From assembly GCA_040005235.1 (NCBI GenBank), contig JBDTZG010000012.1:32001-96000 (forward strand): DNA of 64,000 bases, given 5' to 3'. Source of the DNA: Acidobacteriota bacterium (GTDB lineage Bacteria > Acidobacteriota > Thermoanaerobaculia > Multivoradales > UBA5704). The notes beneath the pieces are model-generated. The model had not been told where the DNA came from. It saw only the letters and a list, made by a program, of their open reading frames with translations, and did not search any database. Below, piece by piece: positions 29,710-36,353 of this stretch (position 1 is the stretch's first letter; each line of letters begins with the position of its first letter). A program made the position numbers and the translations under genes.

Positions 29710-30696
29710 ATGAATCTCAGACTTCGAGTCGCGTTCATCACCCTGGTCGCCGCCCTATGGCTCGGCGGTGCCGCCGGTGCTCTGGGCTTCGCCCTGATCC
29801 CGGGACACTCCCCCGAGACCCCCGCCCCTCCGACCGCTCCGGCATCCACCGCCACCTCCGCGCCCGCCGTTCCGGTATCTTCCGGATACGCCGGCAGCGA
29901 GGCGTGCGTCGGCTGCCATGGCGACCAGGCCGATCATCTGGCCAATACCCCGCACGGCCGCGCGGGATTCGCCAAGCTCTCGTCGCTCGGCTGCGAGACC
30001 TGCCACGGGCCGGGCAACGCCCACGCGGAAACGCCGGACGATCCCGCCCTGTATCCCAAGCTTGAGAACCTGACGGCGGCCAAGGCCTCCGCCGTCTGCC
30101 AGGGCTGCCACTCGGGGGGCAAGCAGTTCTTCTGGCACAACGGCCGCCACGAGGCGCGCGGCCTGTCGTGCATCACCTGCCACAGCGTCCATTCTCCCAA
30201 GTCGGAGCATGCGCAGCTCAAGCAGGAGTCGGTCACCGAGCAGTGCTTCTCCTGCCACAAGGACGTGCGCGCCGACACCTGGAAGACCTCGCACCATCCG
30301 ATCCGCGAGGGCAAGATCTCCTGCGCCGACTGCCACAACCCGCACGGCACGCAGACCCCGAAGATGATCGAAGCGGCCTCGGTCAACGAGCAGTGCTACA
30401 GCTGCCACACCGAAAAGCGCGGTCCGTTTCTTTGGGAGCACCCGCCGGTCCGCGAGAACTGCCTGAACTGCCATTCGCCGCACGGATCCAACCACCTGAA
30501 GCTGCAGAAGACCTCGGTGCCGTTCCTCTGCCAGCAGTGCCACGCCAACACGCGGCATCCCGGCACGCTCTACGACGCCACCACGCTGGCCGACGGCGCG
30601 CGGGCGAGCAACCGAATCTTCAATCGTGCCTGTCTCGACTGCCACGCCTCGATCCATGGCAGCAACCATCCGTCGAGCCCGTACCTTGGCCATTGA
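29710..30696 (+). CDS. DmsE/MtrA/MtoA-family decaheme cytochrome c
   Basis: Ten CxxCH motifs; CHNPHG, EKRGPFLWEHPPVRENC. Confidence 0.93.
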   Translation: MNLRLRVAFITLVAALWLGGAAGALGFALIPGHSPETPAPPTAPASTATSAPAVPVSSGYAGSEACVGCHGDQADHLANTPHGRAGFAKLSSLGCETCHGPGNAHAETPDDPALYPKLENLTAAKASAVCQGCHSGGKQFFWHNGRHEARGLSCITCHSVHSPKSEHAQLKQESVTEQCFSCHKDVRADTWKTSHHPIREGKISCADCHNPHGTQTPKMIEAASVNEQCYSCHTEKRGPFLWEHPPVRENCLNCHSPHGSNHLKLQKTSVPFLCQQCHANTRHPGTLYDATTLADGARASNRIFNRACLDCHASIHGSNHPSSPYLGH

Positions 30697-30721
30697 TCCG
30701 CATGCAACCCGGAGCGAGAAG

Positions 30722-33013
30722 ATGAGAACTCAAAAAACCGTCTCCCTTCCGATCCTGACGCTGGTGCTTCTGCTGGCGCCGCTCGGCTCCTCGTTCGCCG
30801 CCGACCCCGCTGCGGTCGCGAGCGGAGGCTCGGGCCAAGGACCGTTCACCTTCCACCTCGACCCCGTGGCGATCGAGTGGCTTTCCCTCGATCAGGACAC
30901 GAGCTCCTCGAAGTTCCAGGAGTACCGGGACCTCGACAACGGATTCCGCATCCCGCTGCTCAAGCTCTGGGGCGCGAGCGCGGACGGCAACCGTACGCTC
31001 GACTTTTCGGCCCAGAACGTCTGGCGCGACGACGCCCGGCTCGAGCTCGACTACGCCCAGGCCGGCAAGTACGGCCTTAGCCTGTCGTACGACAAGATTC
31101 CCCACCGCTTCGGCAACGACGCGAGCTTCCTCTGGACCCGCACGGGCGCCGGACGGTTCGAGATCGACGACGCGGTCCAGCGGGCGAACCAGGCGGCGAT
31201 CACCGCTCAGTTCGCGGCGAACAAGGCTCTGGTCGCCTTCCCCTTTCTGAACAATCTGATCTCGCCGCAGATCGCGGCGGCCAAGAAGATCGACATCTCG
31301 CTCGAACGCGAACGGACCCGGCTCGACTTCGACCTCGGTACGCTCAAGGGTCTCTCTTGGGACGTCTCGCTGTTCAACGAGAAACGGACCGGCTTGCGCC
31401 CGTACGGCGCCTCGTTCGGCTTCAGCAACGCGACCGAGATCGTCGAGCCGATCGACTACGACACCTCCGAGGTGACGGCGCGCGGCGAATGGGCCGGCAA
31501 GAACGGCGGCCTGGTGTTCGGCTTCCGCTCCTCGCGGTTTGAAAACTCGATCAAGAGCGTCACTTGGGACAACCCGTTCCGCGCCACCGACTCGACCGAT
31601 CCAGGCGCCTATTCCGCCCCCGGCAGCGGTTCGATCAACGGCCCGGCGACCGGCAGGAACGCGCTCGCGCCGGACAACAAGGCGGGCAGCTTCTTCCTCG
31701 ATGGTCGCTGGCGTTTCCCTTCCGGCTGGTGGACCAACGCGAGCGCGAGCAAGACCCGCATGAAGCAGGACGAGGCGCTGCTCGCCTACACCACGAACAC
31801 GGCGATCAACACCCGCGGCGGCGCGCCGTTCGACGCCTCCCTGAGGTCGAATCTGCCGCAGCAGACGGCGGACCGGACGGCCGACGTCACCACCTTCTCG
31901 GCCAACGCCGGGGCTAAGTTCGCCCACAACCTGGGTCTAACGTTCCGGCTGCGTTCTTACGACTACAAGGACGACAGCGACCGGGTGACGATTCCCGGCT
32001 ATGCCCGCTTCGACGCGGCGTGGATCGCCACCGCCCGGATCACCGTTCCGCCGCAGTTCACCCGCACCGATTTCGGCTCCGAGCTGACCTGGGACGTCGT
32101 CCCCTCGACCAGCCTTGGCCTCTCCTGGAACCGCCAGAGCTGGGACCGCAAGCGGCGCGAGGTGGAAAAGACCGACGAGGACGTGTTCAAGCTGACCGCC
32201 GATTCCCGGGCGTGGAAGAACGTTACGCTGCGCGGGGCGGTAGAGCACGGCGACAAGTCGATCGGAAACTACGACGTCGAAGCCGCGGAAGACAGCTTCA
32301 TCGTCTCGGCCGGAGCCACCAACCAGCCCAGTCTGCGGAAGTACGACGAGGCCGCCCGCACCTATGACTCCTGGCGCCTCGGCGCCGATTTCGTGGCGGG
32401 TGACGCCTGGACGTTCACTCTCGCCACCACCGGCCGGAAGGACGACTACGACAAGAGCCTGCTCGGCCTGATCTCGGACGACACGCAGCACCTCGATTTC
32501 GAGCTCGCCTACACTCCGAGCGAGAAGCGGGACGTCTATCTGTTCGGCGACCGCTCGAACCGCAAAACCTTCCAGAAATCGCGCCAGTCGGGGGCGCTCC
32601 CCTCGACCAGCACGCTCGACAACTGGCAGGTCAAGTTCGACGAGATCAACGACGTCTGGGGCCTCGGCTGGAACCAGAAGTACTCCGAAAAGTGGAAGAG
32701 CGCCGTCGAAGGTCGCTGGTCGAAGTCCAACGGCAAAGCCGACATCTTCAGCCCGCCGGGCGGCACGCCGGACATCGCCTTCGGGTTCGACAACTACGAG
32801 GACATCGAGCTGCTGTCGATCTCCGGCAAGCTCGACTTCACCCTCAACTCCCACGTCGGCCTCGGCTTTTGGTACCAGTACGAGGACTACACGATCGACA
32901 GCTTCATCCGCCAGGGCCTCCAGAACTACCTGCCCGGCACGTTGCTCCTGAACGCCAACAACGGCGACTACAACGCGAACCTGTTCGCGGGGTATGTGCG
33001 GTTGAGTTTGTAG
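30722..33013 (+). CDS. MtrB/PioB-family outer-membrane beta-barrel
   Basis: Directly follows the decaheme gene; signal peptide; SKFQEYRD, EPIDYDT, LAPDNKA; ends in an alternating beta-strand. Confidence 0.88.
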   Translation: MRTQKTVSLPILTLVLLLAPLGSSFAADPAAVASGGSGQGPFTFHLDPVAIEWLSLDQDTSSSKFQEYRDLDNGFRIPLLKLWGASADGNRTLDFSAQNVWRDDARLELDYAQAGKYGLSLSYDKIPHRFGNDASFLWTRTGAGRFEIDDAVQRANQAAITAQFAANKALVAFPFLNNLISPQIAAAKKIDISLERERTRLDFDLGTLKGLSWDVSLFNEKRTGLRPYGASFGFSNATEIVEPIDYDTSEVTARGEWAGKNGGLVFGFRSSRFENSIKSVTWDNPFRATDSTDPGAYSAPGSGSINGPATGRNALAPDNKAGSFFLDGRWRFPSGWWTNASASKTRMKQDEALLAYTTNTAINTRGGAPFDASLRSNLPQQTADRTADVTTFSANAGAKFAHNLGLTFRLRSYDYKDDSDRVTIPGYARFDAAWIATARITVPPQFTRTDFGSELTWDVVPSTSLGLSWNRQSWDRKRREVEKTDEDVFKLTADSRAWKNVTLRGAVEHGDKSIGNYDVEAAEDSFIVSAGATNQPSLRKYDEAARTYDSWRLGADFVAGDAWTFTLATTGRKDDYDKSLLGLISDDTQHLDFELAYTPSEKRDVYLFGDRSNRKTFQKSRQSGALPSTSTLDNWQVKFDEINDVWGLGWNQKYSEKWKSAVEGRWSKSNGKADIFSPPGGTPDIAFGFDNYEDIELLSISGKLDFTLNSHVGLGFWYQYEDYTIDSFIRQGLQNYLPGTLLLNANNGDYNANLFAGYVRLSL

Positions 33014-33039
33014 GCTTTTCCCCTTCCCGCCAGAGCCCA

Positions 33040-33067
33040 CCGGGGCGGAGCGATCCGCCCCGGTTTT
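33040..33067 (+). terminator. Rho-independent terminator after the mtrB-like gene
   Basis: CCGGGGCGGA-gcga-TCCGCCCCGG followed by TTTT. Confidence 0.8.
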
Positions 33068-33112
33068 CGTTTGCGGGGAAAATGCGGCCCGACCCGGAAG
33101 GCCGTTGGAGCC

Positions 33113-33162
33113 ATCTTCGCCACCGCGGGTGCGGAGCTGGTGCTCGGCGGTCCCAGGGAAAA
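33113..33162. repeat. REP family A, degenerate copy 4
   Basis: ggtgcggagctggtgctcggcggtcccagggaaaa. Confidence 0.75.
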
Positions 33163-33165
33163 ACT

Positions 33166-34416
33166 TTAGCAGAGCGCGGGGCGCAAGGAGAGCGCGTCGA
33201 CGATCTCCTCGACGTTCAGCTCCGGCACGAACAGCTCGGGCGCCAGGCGCTCGAGGTGAGCTTCGACCAGCGGCAACCCTCCGGGCAGGTCGGGCAGCGT
33301 CTCGCGCGCCTCGGCGCTTGCGGCGTAGCGGAAGTAGGGACAGCCCTCGGGGGTGTTTTCGCGCAGGAGGCGATCGACCAGACCGCCGGTGGCGGGGTTG
33401 ACCCGGCCGACCACTCCTTCGAGGAAGATCATTGCCGTCGGCCCTTCTTCGGCGAATCGGGCGGCTTCTTTCCCCGCTTCCTCCGCCAGACGGCGGGCGG
33501 CGAGCGGATATTTCGGCGCGAACGGCCGGTCGACCGGACCGGCGAGCTGGCGCGCGATCCGCTGCCGCAGATCTTCGAAAGTCCAGCGCTCCGTCCCCTC
33601 GAAGCCGAGCAGGTTGAAGCGGTCTCGGGCGCCCACTCGCACCTTGCCGTGCTCGGAGCGGACGCTGGTCGGCGAGTTGAAATAGTCGCGGCCGGTGAGC
33701 GGATCGGCCACGGGGGGAAAGAAGCCGAACAGCCGGCCGTCGAGATCGCGCCCGCCGTGGGCTGCGCGCTCCGCGACCTCGGACTCGACCCGGGCGGCAA
33801 AGCCGGGATCGCCGAGCCAGGCAGAGGGCTCTGCGGCGACGGGGGTGAGCACTGCGATCGAGGCCATCGAGGCGTTCCACCTCGCGAGCGTCCGGCGTGC
33901 CACCGTTTCTTCGAGGTCGAGTACCCGGCCTCCCCGATGTGCGGCGAGCAACTCGCGCCACTCGTCGAGCCGGGCGAGATCGACCGCCGGGTGGGCCGCG
34001 AGGCGAACCGCAGCGAGCGCGGACTCGTTTTCGTCCCCTACGGTTCCGGCGAGGGCGGCGAAGAAAAGCTCGGACGCGACCGGGCAGCCGGCCCGCGCGT
34101 CGTCCGCTTTGAGCGCGTAGGGAAGCCAACGCTCGCGCAGCTCCGCGATCGCGTCGCGCCGGGCCGCTCGGCGGTCGGGCGCGAGGCGGATCGCGCGGCG
34201 GATCGCGGCCAGCTCGTCGTCCGAGCGGTGATAGAGAGCGCTGTACTCCTCGACCGACTGGCCGGCGTCGATCACCAGCCGGACGTGCGGCTCGACCCCC
34301 GACGCCGCGAGCCGGGAGGCGAGGTACCCCGCCTGGGTCAGATTGAGGCCGGCGTCCTCCCGCAAATGGATCGCCTGGCCGCGGGCTTCGACGACGAGCA
34401 GCGCGCGCCGGGTCAC
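33166..34416 (-). CDS. Unknown 416-aa protein, possibly with a Rossmann/HUP-like N-terminus
   Basis: GTG start overlaps the upstream stop (GTGA); long globular-looking ORF with no recognised family. Confidence 0.7.
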   Translation of the reverse strand: MTRRALLVVEARGQAIHLREDAGLNLTQAGYLASRLAASGVEPHVRLVIDAGQSVEEYSALYHRSDDELAAIRRAIRLAPDRRAARRDAIAELRERWLPYALKADDARAGCPVASELFFAALAGTVGDENESALAAVRLAAHPAVDLARLDEWRELLAAHRGGRVLDLEETVARRTLARWNASMASIAVLTPVAAEPSAWLGDPGFAARVESEVAERAAHGGRDLDGRLFGFFPPVADPLTGRDYFNSPTSVRSEHGKVRVGARDRFNLLGFEGTERWTFEDLRQRIARQLAGPVDRPFAPKYPLAARRLAEEAGKEAARFAEEGPTAMIFLEGVVGRVNPATGGLVDRLLRENTPEGCPYFRYAASAEARETLPDLPGGLPLVEAHLERLAPELFVPELNVEEIVDALSLRPALC

Positions 34417-35021
34417 GGAGTTTGCGCCCGCTCCGGGTCCAGCTCGGGCGCTTCGACCATCCGGATCAGCCGCTCGCCTTCGATTTCGATTTCGCCTTCC
34501 AGGCGGAAATAACGGCAGGGCCGGCCGGCGGCTTCGTCGTAGTAGGGCGAGAACAGATCGACGAAGGCGGTGTCTTCGAACGCCCGAAGATGGTGGAGGT
34601 TGCCATCGCGCGGCTTGAGGATGTCGCAGCGATCGGCGGCTCCCACCGTCCGCTCCGGGCGGGCTCTCGCGAGGCCGGGAGAGTTGGGAACCCAATCGTA
34701 AGAGCGGATCTCCAGGCAGCCGGCGAGCACTCGCAGCATCACCGTCATCTCGGGATGATCATGGAGCGGCAACTCGCGGCCGGCCGGGACGAGGAAGAGG
34801 GTCGCGTGAAGGTCGGGGCGCTCGAACAGCGGTCGCTCGATCCACCGCGCGGTGCGGTCGAGGGCCGCAAGATCGACTTCCAGATCGGCGCAGGTTAGGG
34901 ATTCGAGCGCTGCCGCGAGGGCCGACAGATCGGGCGCGCGGGCCGACCCGAGCGTTCCGAGCATTCCGGTGGAAAACTCTCGCTCCGAAAGGTCGGCCAG
35001 GCGGCACAGCTTGGCATGCAT
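34413..35021 (-). CDS. PCO/ADO-family thiol dioxygenase (cupin)
   Basis: LPLHDHPEMT..RVLAG..IRSYDW, LKPRDGNLH, AFVDLFSPYY, GRPCRYF. Confidence 0.85.
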   Translation of the reverse strand: MHAKLCRLADLSEREFSTGMLGTLGSARAPDLSALAAALESLTCADLEVDLAALDRTARWIERPLFERPDLHATLFLVPAGRELPLHDHPEMTVMLRVLAGCLEIRSYDWVPNSPGLARARPERTVGAADRCDILKPRDGNLHHLRAFEDTAFVDLFSPYYDEAAGRPCRYFRLEGEIEIEGERLIRMVEAPELDPERAQTP

Positions 35022-35068
35022 GACGAATAGAATATCGCTGAAACCTGCCGACCACCGAGCCGATCGCC

Positions 35069-36289
35069 ATGGACGTCCTTGTGCTTCTCCCCGACGCCTT
35101 CGATCGAGCCTCGTTTTCCGCCGTGCCGGGGCACCGCTTCCGATTCGTCGAGACCGAGCGCGCGATTGACCATTGGCGGCCGACCGGGTTCGATCCTCTC
35201 GCCTATCTCGATCGGGCTCGCGCCGCGGCGCGCGAGGGGCCGGTCGATGCGGTCGTTTCGACCCACGATTTGGGCGACTACCTCGCGGCGCTCCTGGCTC
35301 GCGAGCTGGGGCTGCCGGGACCGTCGCCCGAGGCGGTGTTCCTCGGCCTGCACAAGTACTACGGCCGGCGGGCGGAGCGGCAGGCCGGGTTCGCCTCGCT
35401 TCGGTGCGAGGCGCTCAATCTCGAAGAGCCCTGCCCGCGGGCGTTCGGGTATCCCTGTTTCCTGAAGGCGCCGTTCTTGAAGCTCGGACTGCTTGGGTTT
35501 AGGCTCGACGGACCGGAGGATCTGGCGCGCGCTTGGGGCATCGCGCAGCGGGAGCTGCCCGCCTGGTGCCGCCAGTACCTACCGCTGTTCCAAGCCAACG
35601 TCGATCTAGATCGCTACCCTCTCGCCGGGCGCGAGATCATGCTGCTCGAAGAGCTCAAGGACGGGCCGCAGGTGACCGTCGAAGGCTGGATGCACGAGGG
35701 CCGGTTTCACCTCTGGGCGATCACCGACACCAACGTCTTTCCCGGCTCGCGGGCGATCGACAATTTCTCCCTCCCCTCCCGCCTGCCGGCGGCGGCCCAG
35801 GCGAGTTTGGCGGAGGCCGCGGAGCGCGCGGTCCGGTCGATCGGCTTCGACGGCGGGTTCGCGAACGTCGAGCTCTGGTGGCAGGACGGAAAGGCGGTTC
35901 CGATCGAGGTGAACGCCCGGGCGGCGGCGAGCTTTTCGATCCTGTACGAACGGTGCCTTCAGACGTCGCACTGGGCGGCGATCGTCGAAGTGGCGGGCGG
36001 TGGTATGCCTTCGGCGCTTCCCCGGCCCGACGGCACGGTCGGCGGCCAGTTCAACCTGATCACGTTCGCCGAAGGGCGCGTGGGCGACCTGCTGGATCTC
36101 GGCGCCGCCCGCGAGGTGGCGGGAATTTCGCTCGACCGTTCGGCCGACGAGGTCGTCCGGCCGGTGAGCGAGTTCGGCGTCGTCCTCGCCCAGGTCGAGC
36201 TGTTCGGCGGAAGCTACGAGGAGATCCACGCCGAGGCGACCCGGATTCGGCGCCGGCTGTTGAAGCGGCCGGAGAATTCGCCGGGGTGA
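35069..36289 (+). CDS. ATP-grasp domain enzyme
   Basis: ARELGLPGP, HKYYGR, YPCFLKAP, LLEELKDGPQVTVEG, NVELW, IEVNAR. Confidence 0.85.
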   Translation: MDVLVLLPDAFDRASFSAVPGHRFRFVETERAIDHWRPTGFDPLAYLDRARAAAREGPVDAVVSTHDLGDYLAALLARELGLPGPSPEAVFLGLHKYYGRRAERQAGFASLRCEALNLEEPCPRAFGYPCFLKAPFLKLGLLGFRLDGPEDLARAWGIAQRELPAWCRQYLPLFQANVDLDRYPLAGREIMLLEELKDGPQVTVEGWMHEGRFHLWAITDTNVFPGSRAIDNFSLPSRLPAAAQASLAEAAERAVRSIGFDGGFANVELWWQDGKAVPIEVNARAAASFSILYERCLQTSHWAAIVEVAGGGMPSALPRPDGTVGGQFNLITFAEGRVGDLLDLGAAREVAGISLDRSADEVVRPVSEFGVVLAQVELFGGSYEEIHAEATRIRRRLLKRPENSPG

Positions 36290-36353
36290 CCTTTCGGACT
36301 ACAATCCACAACTCGCGCTCGGTTCTATTTTGCACCGGGCGCCGGAGGTTCCT

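Noticed and set aside
36318-36335. Sigma54 promoter before the cupredoxin gene
   Set aside because: GG-to-GC spacing is 9 nt rather than 10 and TGGC is absent
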